Of a DNA stretch of 64,000 nucleotides, positions 30,055 to 40,308 are shown piece by piece. Location: NCBI GenBank assembly GCA_910589485.1, contig CAJUSW010000010.1, positions 10,479 to 74,478 of the forward strand. The letters run 5' to 3'. The translations under genes were made by a program, and so were the position numbers. A model generated the notes under the pieces. That model ran no database searches and was not told where the DNA came from. It was given only the letters and a program-made list of their open reading frames with translations. This DNA comes from an uncultured Duncaniella sp. Lineage in GTDB: Bacteria; Bacteroidota; Bacteroidia; Bacteroidales; Muribaculaceae. Every line of letters begins with the position of its first letter. The stretch's first letter is position 1.

Positions 30055-31841
30055 ATCCTGTATCTTATTATCCCGTCATCATCAATCAACACAGCTTCGA
30101 ACTCGCCATGATATATGCGGGAACAATGATTATAACATAGCTTCAACAACGCAGGGAAAAAGCGACAGGCATCCTCAAGGGGGAGTCCCTTCCATAACTC
30201 CCTCGACATATTCATTTTTGCAATCAATTCCAAAGCAGTGGCAGAACAATTGTTATCCCTGGCAACTTGGCTTAGGAATGCCCGGTTGAGTGTTATTTTA
30301 TGACTGTGTGTGTCGAGATGCCCCTCGGCAAGTTTAACGGCCTTGCCCAGCATCAAACCAATAGTCAGTCTCGGGACATTGAGGTCCTCAGCCAATTGCA
30401 TTGTATCGCCTATAGCATTTCCATAATGGATGAACGCTTGCGATGGTAACTCAGGGTATATTCCCTTCATATACCGCTCACTTTTTCCTCCTGAATTTAC
30501 TACTATACGTTGTGACCCTATCGCCAATGCCACCTCCATTTCCCGTCTGATCGCCTCAATAAAAGCCTCATGGGAGAACGGCCTGACTATCCCGGTGGTT
30601 CCGATTATTGATATTCCGCCCGTCACGCCGATGCGCGGATTAAATGTCTTGACAGCCAGTTCCTCCCCACCTTCAACCGACACGGTCACATAAATTCCTC
30701 CGGAGTATAATTCCGAGAGTTCACGCTCCATCATTGATCGTGGAACAGGGTTGATGGCAGGTTCTCCTACAGCAACGCCCACACCCGGCAGAGTCACTGT
30801 CCCTACTCCGGCTCCTCCTTTGAAAATGATACCTTCATGATCGGCAAAAGCCACATTCACTGTGATACGGCTCTTATCTGTCACATCGGGATCATCTCCG
30901 GCATCCTTGATTACCGTTGCCGAAGCTGAGGAGTCTGAGACTTCCACACTTTCTATCTTCATTCTCATAGTCTCACCTTCGGGAATCCTGAAACTGATTT
31001 CATCCGGTGTTTCCCCCTTGATAAGACTCCATAATGCAGCCTTGGCCGCGGCTGTGGCACATGATCCGGTCGTAAAACCTGTGTGCAACGGATAAAACTC
31101 AGGCAAATGGCGCTCAACCGCCATGCGCAGGCCATGACGTCCATCCACTGTTATGAACGAATCAGGCAACTCCGGCCGTCGCACTACGAATACCTTCACA
31201 TTCTTCGCCAGAGCTGTTGTGACCTTCTCTTCAAACCCGCCACTCCGGCCACTCTCCTTGGTGATTATGGCATCGGGCTTCAGCTCATCGATAAGCCTGT
31301 CCGTATCACCTTCCTCATAGAATGACAACCGATCAAAGGGAAAGCCAAATTTCTCTGCCTTTTCGACGGATTCATTCCTGTCAAGAACCCGGAACCATGT
31401 GTCGTGTATCTCCCAAAAACCTCTCAGCTTTGGGATGGTCTGTACACCTGTAAGGGCTAAAAGTCTCGTCACATTAGCCATTGCCATTGCGTTGACGGCA
31501 CTTTCATAGTCGTCACACCATATGATTCCCGGGTTATTTATCTCTGGGTAAGAGCGTTCAAGCCGGATCACCGGTAATCCCAGTTTCTGAGCGACGGCAT
31601 GAATGGTACGATGCAGATTGATGGCAAATGGATGTGCGGCATCAACAATAAGCCTGATTCCGTTGTCACGGCACACGTCCATCATCACGCTCTCGGTCAT
31701 GGCGCCGGAAATGTGGACACCATGTCCACATTCCACCTGCTGACTGTTGCCTAAGGTTGAGTAAATGTATTTCCCCTCCCCTTCATCAAGAGTCTTTATT
31801 GCCAAGCGACCTTCCGTCGTACCGCCGAATACAAGTATCAT
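30051..31841 (-). CDS. cbiJ-cbiD: fusion: cobalt-precorrin-6A reductase (CbiJ, N-terminal) + cobalt-precorrin-5B C1-methyltransferase (CbiD, C-terminal)
   Basis: 596 aa. N-terminus MILVFGGTTEGR...DAAHPFA...ITKESGRSGG (CbiJ). From about residue 250, LHTGFTTGSCATAAAKAA...GGISIIGTTGIV (CbiD). Confidence 0.85.
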   Translation of the reverse strand: MILVFGGTTEGRLAIKTLDEGEGKYIYSTLGNSQQVECGHGVHISGAMTESVMMDVCRDNGIRLIVDAAHPFAINLHRTIHAVAQKLGLPVIRLERSYPEINNPGIIWCDDYESAVNAMAMANVTRLLALTGVQTIPKLRGFWEIHDTWFRVLDRNESVEKAEKFGFPFDRLSFYEEGDTDRLIDELKPDAIITKESGRSGGFEEKVTTALAKNVKVFVVRRPELPDSFITVDGRHGLRMAVERHLPEFYPLHTGFTTGSCATAAAKAALWSLIKGETPDEISFRIPEGETMRMKIESVEVSDSSASATVIKDAGDDPDVTDKSRITVNVAFADHEGIIFKGGAGVGTVTLPGVGVAVGEPAINPVPRSMMERELSELYSGGIYVTVSVEGGEELAVKTFNPRIGVTGGISIIGTTGIVRPFSHEAFIEAIRREMEVALAIGSQRIVVNSGGKSERYMKGIYPELPSQAFIHYGNAIGDTMQLAEDLNVPRLTIGLMLGKAVKLAEGHLDTHSHKITLNRAFLSQVARDNNCSATALELIAKMNMSRELWKGLPLEDACRFFPALLKLCYNHCSRIYHGEFEAVLIDDDGIIRYRI

Positions 31842-33607
31842 TGCCGGAACATATGAGTGAAACTCTCACTATACAGTCTCGATAATCCCTCACGGTTATC
31901 AATAGCCTCACCCACTACCAAAAGAGTCGTGAGTGTGAGGTTGTTTTCGTGAACAATGCGGGCAAGATCCTTGAGTACGCCACGATATATCTTCTCCTCT
32001 TTCCACGTCAGTTTATAGCACGCGGCCACAGGGGTTTCGGGAGGATATGCCATGAGTAGTTCACGCTGGACTTCATCAACAATGCCGGCGCTCAGATAGA
32101 TACACATGGTACTCTGCGAGGCGGCTAATTTGTGTAGCTGTTCCTTTTCCGGCATAGGTGTACATCCCTCGCCTCGGGTGAGTATGATGGTCTGTACCTT
32201 TTCAGGGATTGTAAATTGCGACCTTAATGCCGCTGCCGCCGCTTGGAATGATGATATCCCCGGTGTGATGTGGTAGCGCATGCCATAACGGTCGAAGAAA
32301 GCCATCTGTTCCTGAATAGCCCCATATATGCAGGGATCACCGGTGTGCAGACGCACCACGAGCTTATCCCGGTCGTAGAATTCCTTCATCAGCGCGAATT
32401 GTTCTTCCAGATTCATTGATGCGGAACTTCTCACCACACATCCGGCTTTGGCATAGTGTGTCAACTCTTTCGGCACAAGGCTCCCCGCATATAGGATGAG
32501 ATCGGCTTGCTGAAGGAACAGTTTTCCGCGCACCGATACGAGTTCCGGGTCGCCCGGCCCCGCTCCTACAATCTCTATATGCCCTCCACGTGTGGCACTC
32601 TTATCAATAGCCACTGCAAACGTGAAATCAGAATCTTCGTTTATCTTCCCTTTCTGTTTTTCTAAGATCAGGTTCCCTCCGTTCGATGCTTTGATTGCAC
32701 AGCTCTCGGCCACTCCGGCCACACCTGTCACTTGCATCACCTTTTCCGAGGGGTTGGGAACTGTGATATCCTCTAACTGGCCGGGACTATATATATTACA
32801 TTCATGGATATTATGCCATTTTGCCAATTCCGCAATGAGGCGCTCATCCTTTTTCAGATCTATTGTGGATACTGACTTTAGAGCCAAGGGGCTGATACGG
32901 TTTTTGACCAACTCATTCCCGATATGATCGGCCACACCCTCGGTGTTACAATCGCGTCGGCACCCTACACCAATATTTAGTACTTGCGGACGGTAGTAAA
33001 GGATCTGATTGGCTGAACTGTATATGTATGGAGTTACTGCAATTACAAGTTTATATTTGGAAAAATCATCCTGACCGCTAATCCGCGTGACGTTATGTGG
33101 CAAGGATGCTTCCATATAATCGGTGCCACGGTCACGTATATCGAGTAGCAACCCTACCGGTTCCCCGTTGACGAGCGTGGAGATCGCCTGATTCATTTCG
33201 GCACGTGTCGTTTCAGCATACCATCCGAATCGTTTCGCGATCGTGTCCAGAGCCCACAATCCGGCATTATCACTTTGTGTCGTAATCACAGGATTGGCCC
33301 CGATGATATGGGCCACATCCTCACACAAGCGGTTCGCACCTCCCACATGCCCTGAAAGCACCGAGATAACGTTATGTCCGGCGCTATCCACGCACACCAC
33401 TGCAGGATCCGAATACTTATCATTGACCATCGGGGCAATCATTCTCACACATATCCCCAGTGCGCCAATGAATATTATAGCCTCGGTGTCCTGTGAGGCC
33501 ATCGTCATGAAATCTTTCTGACTCATGAGCGTAAAATCCGGGGCCTCCTTCTGAATTATTTCACCAAGCCTGCGCCCGGTTTCATTTATATAGATTATAT
33601 ATTTCAT
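31838..33607 (-). CDS. cbiG-cbiF: fusion: CbiG (N-terminal) + cobalt-precorrin-4 C11-methyltransferase (CbiF, C-terminal)
   Basis: 589 aa. The C-terminal half IVGAGPGDPELVSVRG...YAGSLV...RLHTGDPCIYGAIQEQM...ITPGISSF is CbiF/CobM-like. The N-terminal 330 aa is CbiG-like. Confidence 0.82.
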   Translation of the reverse strand: MKYIIYINETGRRLGEIIQKEAPDFTLMSQKDFMTMASQDTEAIIFIGALGICVRMIAPMVNDKYSDPAVVCVDSAGHNVISVLSGHVGGANRLCEDVAHIIGANPVITTQSDNAGLWALDTIAKRFGWYAETTRAEMNQAISTLVNGEPVGLLLDIRDRGTDYMEASLPHNVTRISGQDDFSKYKLVIAVTPYIYSSANQILYYRPQVLNIGVGCRRDCNTEGVADHIGNELVKNRISPLALKSVSTIDLKKDERLIAELAKWHNIHECNIYSPGQLEDITVPNPSEKVMQVTGVAGVAESCAIKASNGGNLILEKQKGKINEDSDFTFAVAIDKSATRGGHIEIVGAGPGDPELVSVRGKLFLQQADLILYAGSLVPKELTHYAKAGCVVRSSASMNLEEQFALMKEFYDRDKLVVRLHTGDPCIYGAIQEQMAFFDRYGMRYHITPGISSFQAAAAALRSQFTIPEKVQTIILTRGEGCTPMPEKEQLHKLAASQSTMCIYLSAGIVDEVQRELLMAYPPETPVAACYKLTWKEEKIYRGVLKDLARIVHENNLTLTTLLVVGEAIDNREGLSRLYSESFTHMFRQ

Positions 33608-34788
33608 TTTGCTTTCAATATAGTTACGGGATTATGATTGTCCAGAATCATGATGTGTTCCGATTCTATAACTCCTCCACACTTGCCGACAGCATTCTTG
33701 AAGGCCCGGCAACTTTCCTGACTCACAGAATTGAATACTATCACACCATCCTTGTTGATCACACTGTATATCCGCTCGACCATCTCGTCCAGCCGGCCGC
33801 CATGGCCGCCGATAAACACCGCGTCAGGAGCAGGATAACTACCCGGGTCGCAATCCATAAAATCAGCGATAACTCCATTTATCCCGGGCACACCGAATCT
33901 CCGGCAATTCTCATCCAAAAGGCTTTTAGATTCCGATCTCCGCTCAAACGCCACAACGTCGAGTTCCGGAAACTGCAGTTTTGCCTCTATCGAGACTGAG
34001 CCTGTACAGAATCCCACATCCCACATCACTGAACGCCCATAAAGGTCGAGCATTGACAGTGTGAGTAATCTCACCGGCATCTTTGTGATCATATTGCTGC
34101 GACCATCGAGATGAGCAAATTCACTTTCCGGTATTCCGAAGAATCGTTTACGGGGCGCTGTCATCCGGATTATCACACAGTTGGGATTTGAAAATGATTT
34201 CCCCGTCACTTCCCTTAGCGGCAATGTAGTGATGCGCTCCATTTCGTTGCCAAGACATTCCCCTATGGACATTACGTAATTGTCATAACCATAGTAAAGC
34301 ATCCTTTCGGCTATCTCAGCCGGACCCTTTTTATGGTCAGTGAGAATCCCTATGAGCGCCCTGTCCTCTAACAGGGCCGTATCCAATGCTTTCCATGGCC
34401 GTCCGGTGACCGACACATTTACCATTTCTGCGTAAGGAAGAAGCAACCTGTGTGCCAGCATCTGCAACGAATTGAACGCCGGATACACCTCTATCTCAGC
34501 ATCGGGGAATTCCCGGCGCAGAGTGGTAGCATATCCGTAGAAAAGCGGATCGCCCGATGCGAACACCACAACATCCTTGTGCTCGGCATATCGTTCAAAC
34601 ACCATTTCCAATGGCACAGTTACGTCAATCCATACGGCATCCGCCGGAAGCAACGATGATACAATCTCACGATGCCGCCTTCCTCCTGAGAAAACCGATC
34701 CCGAGGCAATGATCTCAAGTATTTCCGGCGCAAAAAACTGGTTGCGGTTGTCGGAAATACCTATCACAGTAAACTTTTTTTCAGACAT
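33604..34788 (-). CDS. cbiE-cbiT: fusion: precorrin-6Y C5,15-methyltransferase / decarboxylase (CbiE + CbiT)
   Basis: 394 aa. N-terminal VVFASGDPLFYG (CbiE). C-terminal SAM-methyltransferase WDVGFCTGSVSIE (CbiT). Confidence 0.85.
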   Translation of the reverse strand: MSEKKFTVIGISDNRNQFFAPEILEIIASGSVFSGGRRHREIVSSLLPADAVWIDVTVPLEMVFERYAEHKDVVVFASGDPLFYGYATTLRREFPDAEIEVYPAFNSLQMLAHRLLLPYAEMVNVSVTGRPWKALDTALLEDRALIGILTDHKKGPAEIAERMLYYGYDNYVMSIGECLGNEMERITTLPLREVTGKSFSNPNCVIIRMTAPRKRFFGIPESEFAHLDGRSNMITKMPVRLLTLSMLDLYGRSVMWDVGFCTGSVSIEAKLQFPELDVVAFERRSESKSLLDENCRRFGVPGINGVIADFMDCDPGSYPAPDAVFIGGHGGRLDEMVERIYSVINKDGVIVFNSVSQESCRAFKNAVGKCGGVIESEHIMILDNHNPVTILKAK

Positions 34789-36184
34789 CTCTACCGGGTT
34801 TTAAAAGTTGAGCATCCGGCCAGCAGAGGATTGCGTTTACCAATGTTGCGGCAAGATTGCTACCCCCCTTTCTCCCCTCGACTATCACTTTGGGGATATC
34901 GGTAAAGGGTTTGACCATATGCTTGCTTTCACATACATGCACAAATCCTACCGGTGCGGCAATTATACCGCAAGGGGTGGCTTTATGGTGCCTTATCAAC
35001 GAGCATAGCTCCATCAGGGCAGTAGGCGCATTGCCAAACACATACAATGCGTCAGGATGCTCCTCCACCGCAAGTCTGATTCCGGCTTGCGTCCTGGTTA
35101 TCCCCTTCTCTTTTGCCAACTCTATCGTGGCAGGGTCATTAAGATAGCACTTCACCTCTATGCCAAGTCTTTCCAAAGCACCCTTGCGTATGCCCGAAGC
35201 GGCCATGGTCACATCAGTAACAATAGTCCTGACACCTCCTTCGGTCAAGGCGCTGTATATACGTCCCATCGCACCACTATCAGCCTTGACCACATTCTCC
35301 ATGTCGAAATCGGCTGTAGTGTGTATGGCATGGAGCATAGGCCATTTCATATCGAGGGGAATATCCGGATTGGCCATTTCACGTTCTATTGTGCGGAAAC
35401 TCTCTATCATGATCGACTGACCGGGTGTGGCTCCATCATCCCTGTTTTCCCGGTAATACCCGCGGGGCGTCGTTATATGTCCACCCCATGAGTATGATTG
35501 CGAATTGCCTATGATCACAACTGTGAACATATCCACCTCCTCCGGGTCAAACTCCTTGAGAGTGGTCACTGTTACCTGTTGCTCATCTCGTCCCGCCTGA
35601 CGCACATATCCCACCGGAGTTTCATGCGACCGGCCAGCCATAAACAATTCTTTAAGCCGATACAGTTCCCAGTACCGTCCTGTGCTTTTAGGATTATACA
35701 CCGCTGTGACAAAATCAGCATCCACGGCCGCCTTGATTCTCCGTTCGATAACAGCCCATGGAGTCATCAAGTCGCTGAGCGAGATCACACAGAAATCATG
35801 TCCCATAGGTGCACCAAGCAACGAAGCCGCTTTCTGGAATGCACTTATGCCGGGAATCACCTCTACCTCGATATCCGATTCACGGTCACGAAGCATTTCA
35901 TACACCAGCGGTGCCATCCCGTATATCCCTGAATCTCCTGAGCTTATCACGCACACGTCCTGTCCGGACTCCGCTATTTCAAATGCTTTTTCAATGCGTT
36001 TCTGCTCCTGCTTCATTCCATTCTGCACTATCGTCGCATCCGGTTTTAGGAACGAGGTGATGAACGGAATATAATATTTGTAGCCGACAATGATATCTGC
36101 CCGCCTCAATGCCTCGATAGCTCCTGTTGTCATATCGCCGGCATTTCCGGGCCCGATACCTATAACTGTTATTTTAGATTTCAT
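34781..36184 (-). CDS. cbiH-cbiC: fusion: cobalt-factor III C17-methyltransferase (CbiH, N-terminal) + cobalt-precorrin-8 methylmutase (CbiC, C-terminal)
   Basis: 467 aa. N-terminal VIGIGPG...VISSGDSGIYGMA...HDFCVISLSDLMTPW...AVYNPKS (CbiH/CobJ signature). C-terminal HTTADFDM...FGNAPTAL (CbiC). Confidence 0.82.
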   Translation of the reverse strand: MKSKITVIGIGPGNAGDMTTGAIEALRRADIIVGYKYYIPFITSFLKPDATIVQNGMKQEQKRIEKAFEIAESGQDVCVISSGDSGIYGMAPLVYEMLRDRESDIEVEVIPGISAFQKAASLLGAPMGHDFCVISLSDLMTPWAVIERRIKAAVDADFVTAVYNPKSTGRYWELYRLKELFMAGRSHETPVGYVRQAGRDEQQVTVTTLKEFDPEEVDMFTVVIIGNSQSYSWGGHITTPRGYYRENRDDGATPGQSIMIESFRTIEREMANPDIPLDMKWPMLHAIHTTADFDMENVVKADSGAMGRIYSALTEGGVRTIVTDVTMAASGIRKGALERLGIEVKCYLNDPATIELAKEKGITRTQAGIRLAVEEHPDALYVFGNAPTALMELCSLIRHHKATPCGIIAAPVGFVHVCESKHMVKPFTDIPKVIVEGRKGGSNLAATLVNAILCWPDAQLLKPGRDV

Positions 36185-36199
36185 ATCGTAATTTCTTTG

Positions 36200-37204
36200 T
36201 TATATCTGTATATTCAAGGCGGTTGTCACTCTGTCGAGCAATTCCTCTATCGACCCCACCTTAAGGCCATTCACAGTCATGCCATCCTGCCGGGCCTCGA
36301 TAACTACAGGGATACTGTCGTCCGAGGATATGGCAATACCTCTTCGCGTCAATGCTTTTTTCACCATATTGTATTCCACGCCATCTCCTGTAAGACGCAC
36401 CGACTTGTCGAGCCTATGGCATATCCTGAACAATCCGCTCTCGATGTCAAATGCCACACCGTCCCGGTGAAAATACCGGCTCATCTGGCCATTCAATGCC
36501 AGATCCTCAGGTGTTCCTATAGCCACACCATGCTCCTTATCTATCAGCCACACCTTATCGGCAATCTGTAGCGCAAGTTCAAGGTCATGTGTCGACAGGA
36601 ACACGGTCTTTGATTGCTCCCGGGCGAGCCGTTGCAGAATCTGCATTATCTCCACTTTGCTCGGATAATCAAGAAAAGCTGTGGGCTCATCAAGAAAAAT
36701 TATAGGAGTCTCCTGTGCGAGGGCCTTTGCTATCATCACCTTCTGCCGTTCTCCGTCGCTAAGAGTCTGAACCATCCTCCCTCGTAATCCTTGAATACCC
36801 ACCAGGGCTATGGCATCTTCCACAATCCTGTGGTCATAATCGCTCATGTGCCCCCAGAATCCGGTATATGGACTTCGCCCCATACCTACAAGTTCATCAA
36901 CCGTCATATTGGTTATGGTGAGCTTCTCAGTCAGCACTACACCTATCACCTTGGCTAACTCCGAATCAGAATACTGTGCCAAAGGCTTCTTCCCGATATA
37001 TATTTCACCTTTTACGGGAGGGAGAAATGCTGTCAATGTTTTCAGTAGAGTCGATTTCCCGGCTCCGTTCGGGCCGAGCAGACAGGTCAGTTCCCCGTCA
37101 TTCAACGAGGCGTTTATATTGCGCGTTATGACGGTAGTCTCTTTTTTATTGTGATAGCCTGTTGAGAGATCTACCACCCGTATGGTCTCTTTCCTGTTCA
37201 TCAC
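36200..37204 (-). CDS. ABC transporter ATP-binding protein (BtuD/FepC type)
   Basis: 334 aa. Walker A GPNGAGKST, signature LSDGERQ, Walker B IIFLDEPT. Confidence 0.9.
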   Translation of the reverse strand: MMNRKETIRVVDLSTGYHNKKETTVITRNINASLNDGELTCLLGPNGAGKSTLLKTLTAFLPPVKGEIYIGKKPLAQYSDSELAKVIGVVLTEKLTITNMTVDELVGMGRSPYTGFWGHMSDYDHRIVEDAIALVGIQGLRGRMVQTLSDGERQKVMIAKALAQETPIIFLDEPTAFLDYPSKVEIMQILQRLAREQSKTVFLSTHDLELALQIADKVWLIDKEHGVAIGTPEDLALNGQMSRYFHRDGVAFDIESGLFRICHRLDKSVRLTGDGVEYNMVKKALTRRGIAISSDDSIPVVIEARQDGMTVNGLKVGSIEELLDRVTTALNIQI

Positions 37205-38235
37205 ACCTCGCTTTTACGTTTGTTGAACAATACCCACATCACCACAGGCGCTCCCACTAAAGCTGTCACCGAATTTACCGGCAACGCGCCCTCAAATCCC
37301 GGCATTCTTGCTATTAGATTGCACAACAATGCCAATGACGCACCTCCCAGAAGCGACGCCGGCAGGATGGTCACATGATTGGATGTGTGAAACAATCCCC
37401 TGCATATGTGTGGCACCGCAAGGCCGAGAAATACCACCGGCCCGCAATAGGCCGTGACTACAGCCACCAATATGCCCGAGCAACCTATCACGAGCAGTCG
37501 AGCCCTCTTGATGTTCAGACCTAAGTTTCTCGCATAGGCGTCCCCTAAGAGTAACAGGTTCAAAGTCTTTATGAGAAAGAATGAGGTGGGCAACAGCACT
37601 AACATAAGAATGATGAATACTGACGTCTGACCGCCCGACACTCGCGAGAAGCTGCCCAGGCCCCATATCACATATGCGCGTATATCCTCCTCGGCGCTGA
37701 AAAATTTAAGCACACCGATAATCGCATTGGCTATATACCCTATCATTACTCCCATGATCAGCAGAGTCACATTTCCTCTCACCTTCTGAGCCACAAAGGC
37801 GATCAAGGCCATTATCAGCAACGCTCCGATTACAGCCGACAGTGTTATGGTCACCTCACCGATCACACCTAATTTACTTAACGCCACGCCACCGATACTA
37901 CCCGACAGCAACACCACACATGCCACCCCGAGGCTTGCTCCCGAACTGATTCCCAACACCGATGGCCCTGCCAGCGGGTTGCGGAACACCGTTTGCATCA
38001 GCAGTCCGCTCACTGCCAATCCTGCTCCGGCCATAGCCGCGGTGAGCGATTGGGGCAATCGCGATTTCAATATGATATTTGTCCAGATGATATTATCGCA
38101 CTTCTGCCCCATGAGTATCTGTATGATACTCTCCATGGGGATGCTCACCGAGCCTAACAGCAGGTTCAGTATAAAGAATACTATGATGGAGAATCCCAAC
38201 ATTATCATCAGGACAGCAGTTCTGCTCTTGCTCAT
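37201..38235 (-). CDS. FecCD-family ABC permease (BtuC-like)
   Basis: 344 aa, about 9-10 TM segments. GPSVLGISSGASLG and PVNSVTALVGAPV motifs. Confidence 0.9.
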   Translation of the reverse strand: MSKSRTAVLMIMLGFSIIVFFILNLLLGSVSIPMESIIQILMGQKCDNIIWTNIILKSRLPQSLTAAMAGAGLAVSGLLMQTVFRNPLAGPSVLGISSGASLGVACVVLLSGSIGGVALSKLGVIGEVTITLSAVIGALLIMALIAFVAQKVRGNVTLLIMGVMIGYIANAIIGVLKFFSAEEDIRAYVIWGLGSFSRVSGGQTSVFIILMLVLLPTSFFLIKTLNLLLLGDAYARNLGLNIKRARLLVIGCSGILVAVVTAYCGPVVFLGLAVPHICRGLFHTSNHVTILPASLLGGASLALLCNLIARMPGFEGALPVNSVTALVGAPVVMWVLFNKRKSEV

Positions 38236-39386
38236 TTTTTCAACAGATGATAATAACTTGGCTTATGATCAGGAAGAATATCCGGGTGGAACACATGTAT
38301 GAAGTCTGAGAGCACCACTTCAGGTTCAACCGGCATTCTCTCATAGAACGGCACTTCTTTCATGTTGCAGTATATCACGCCCTGATTCTTCCATGCGTCA
38401 AAATCGGTATACCTATTATCCTGCTCTTTAAGCACATTATAGTTATATTCGCCGTCGAAACTGTTTACAATTCGCCAGTAATCGGCATGGGCCGCATTGG
38501 TGTACACAGTCTCATAGTCAAGCGTGACGCCCCCCGATTCATTATTATCCTTCAGGAAATAATCTCCTCCGGCATCCCTGAACAGTTGGGCGAGAAAACT
38601 CTTCCCTCCCACAGCATACCAGTTTCCACCCCGCATCTCTCCGCTGAACACCGTGGGACGGTGGGCCACAGTGTCGACCATTGCCTTTAGGTCGTTGTAA
38701 CGCTTCTCTATCCCGGCAAATTGCTGATTGGCTTCAACCGTTTTTCCCGTGAGCAATCCTATCACTTTTATCCATTCTGCTTGTCCTAACGGGGAAAGTT
38801 CCTTATATCCCAAGTGAGGTATCATGGGAATGTCCACGTTGCGTATGGCATCATATCCTCCGCGCTTGAACGGTGATATGAATATCACATCGGGATTGAT
38901 GGCCATTATCACTTCGTTGTCAAAATTCCCCTCGATACCAATCTTGTGTGTCGTCCCGGCTTTCAGTTGCTCGTTCATCTTTTCGTTATGCAGATGTCGT
39001 GTGCTTGTGATCCCCACCACCTTTTCAGGAATATCGAGTTTAAGGAAGTTGGATAGCTGAAGTGACGTCATGCAGATTGCTGACTCGATAGGAATATTGA
39101 TACGGGTATATCCTTCGGGTAAATCTCCCTCATAATCCTTACCCGTAAGTACGAAATGGAATTTCTCGGCCTCATTGTTCTCCGGATCGTTTATATCGAG
39201 GAGTATTGCATCACCCCGATAGCTCACCTTGAAGCCCTGGGCATATGTGGGCCGAATCATGTTCAATGAATCTTCAACAATCGACGTGGATTCTGTTGAA
39301 TTACTTGCGCTGTGTCCCCCGCCACAACCTGTAACGATCATGACCGAAGCGATAGGTAGTATATATTTCAAAAACTTCATTTTCAT
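38232..39386 (-). CDS. periplasmic-binding lipoprotein of the ABC importer (BtuF / iron-siderophore-cobalamin class)
   Basis: 384 aa. Lipobox IVTGCGG. Operon position ahead of the permease and ATPase. Confidence 0.8.
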   Translation of the reverse strand: MKMKFLKYILPIASVMIVTGCGGGHSASNSTESTSIVEDSLNMIRPTYAQGFKVSYRGDAILLDINDPENNEAEKFHFVLTGKDYEGDLPEGYTRINIPIESAICMTSLQLSNFLKLDIPEKVVGITSTRHLHNEKMNEQLKAGTTHKIGIEGNFDNEVIMAINPDVIFISPFKRGGYDAIRNVDIPMIPHLGYKELSPLGQAEWIKVIGLLTGKTVEANQQFAGIEKRYNDLKAMVDTVAHRPTVFSGEMRGGNWYAVGGKSFLAQLFRDAGGDYFLKDNNESGGVTLDYETVYTNAAHADYWRIVNSFDGEYNYNVLKEQDNRYTDFDAWKNQGVIYCNMKEVPFYERMPVEPEVVLSDFIHVFHPDILPDHKPSYYHLLKK

Positions 39387-39721
39387 CAGTTTTCAGGTAT
39401 GTATATTATTTCTCCATTCTCGAGTTGGTAGGCTGTCCCTACTCTTCGTCCTTTTGATCCGGATGTCGGAGTCTCGGAATCGGACGGAGTGTATTTCTTC
39501 ACCTCGTTTCCCTCTTTTGTTATTATCTCCATATTATCGGCACCTGGATTCTTCACTATGGTAAAATCCTCCTTCGAGAAAATCTCACTCATATTGAAAT
39601 GCGTGACCACAGCGACCATCAATGCCACAGCAAAAACCATCGCCACGTCAAACAGATTGGTCAACATGCCCATGGGATTATCCCCCTCATCAGGCTCTGT
39701 CAGTATTGGATTATGCTTCAT
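39386..39721 (-). CDS. DUF2149-like single-pass membrane protein (ExbD-analog partner of the MotA/ExbB-like protein; HmuV-like)
   Basis: 111 aa. NPMGMLTNLFDVAMVFAVALMVA TM helix followed by a soluble tail. 4-nt overlap with the upstream gene. Confidence 0.65.
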   Translation of the reverse strand: MKHNPILTEPDEGDNPMGMLTNLFDVAMVFAVALMVAVVTHFNMSEIFSKEDFTIVKNPGADNMEIITKEGNEVKKYTPSDSETPTSGSKGRRVGTAYQLENGEIIYIPEN

Positions 39722-40308
39722 CGGTCGGTCAATTTATGGAATATGAACTCTAAAGCGTTCAGTGAACGCGCATAGAAACGTTGCCTCACCTGCAAGGTGG
39801 CCAATCCTATGCCGGCGACAAGCATACCCACTACGGTAGTCGCAAATGCCACCTGCATATTATATGCCATTGAGGCAATGTCTCCTGTAGCAAGTCCTAC
39901 CAGTGCCGGGCCCATAGGGATAAGCGTACCCATAAGTCCGAGCATAGGCCCGAACTTTATAAGGATTCTATTCTTGGAAAGCTCCTTTTGCACATCCACC
40001 TGAAAGTCAGCCAACGAATGTTCGCAGTACACGCGGTCATCCCTGTGCTTCATCATGTCGCAAAAGCACTTGACTACCGGCGAGCTATCCATCCCGTTCC
40101 ATTCCGATTGGGTCTCCACGAGCCGTTTCTGCCCGTAATTCTCCACCAACTGTTGTAGACTTGCCATCAGCCGTCGTTGCGTCATGTATTCGTTATAGAA
40201 TCCTATCGCTGTCAATATGGCTTTTATGAGCAAAAACAGCAGCATCAACACCACCGGAATAAGGAGTCCGTTGGATATAATGAATAATATGTCGGAAATT
40301 ATATTCAT
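39718..40308 (-). CDS. MotA/TolQ/ExbB proton-channel family protein (HmuU-like)
   Basis: Start moved to MNIISDILF (ATGA overlap with the upstream stop). Channel motif FGPMLGLMGTLIPM...AFATTVVGMLVAG. Confidence 0.8.
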   Translation of the reverse strand: MNIISDILFIISNGLLIPVVLMLLFLLIKAILTAIGFYNEYMTQRRLMASLQQLVENYGQKRLVETQSEWNGMDSSPVVKCFCDMMKHRDDRVYCEHSLADFQVDVQKELSKNRILIKFGPMLGLMGTLIPMGPALVGLATGDIASMAYNMQVAFATTVVGMLVAGIGLATLQVRQRFYARSLNALEFIFHKLTDR

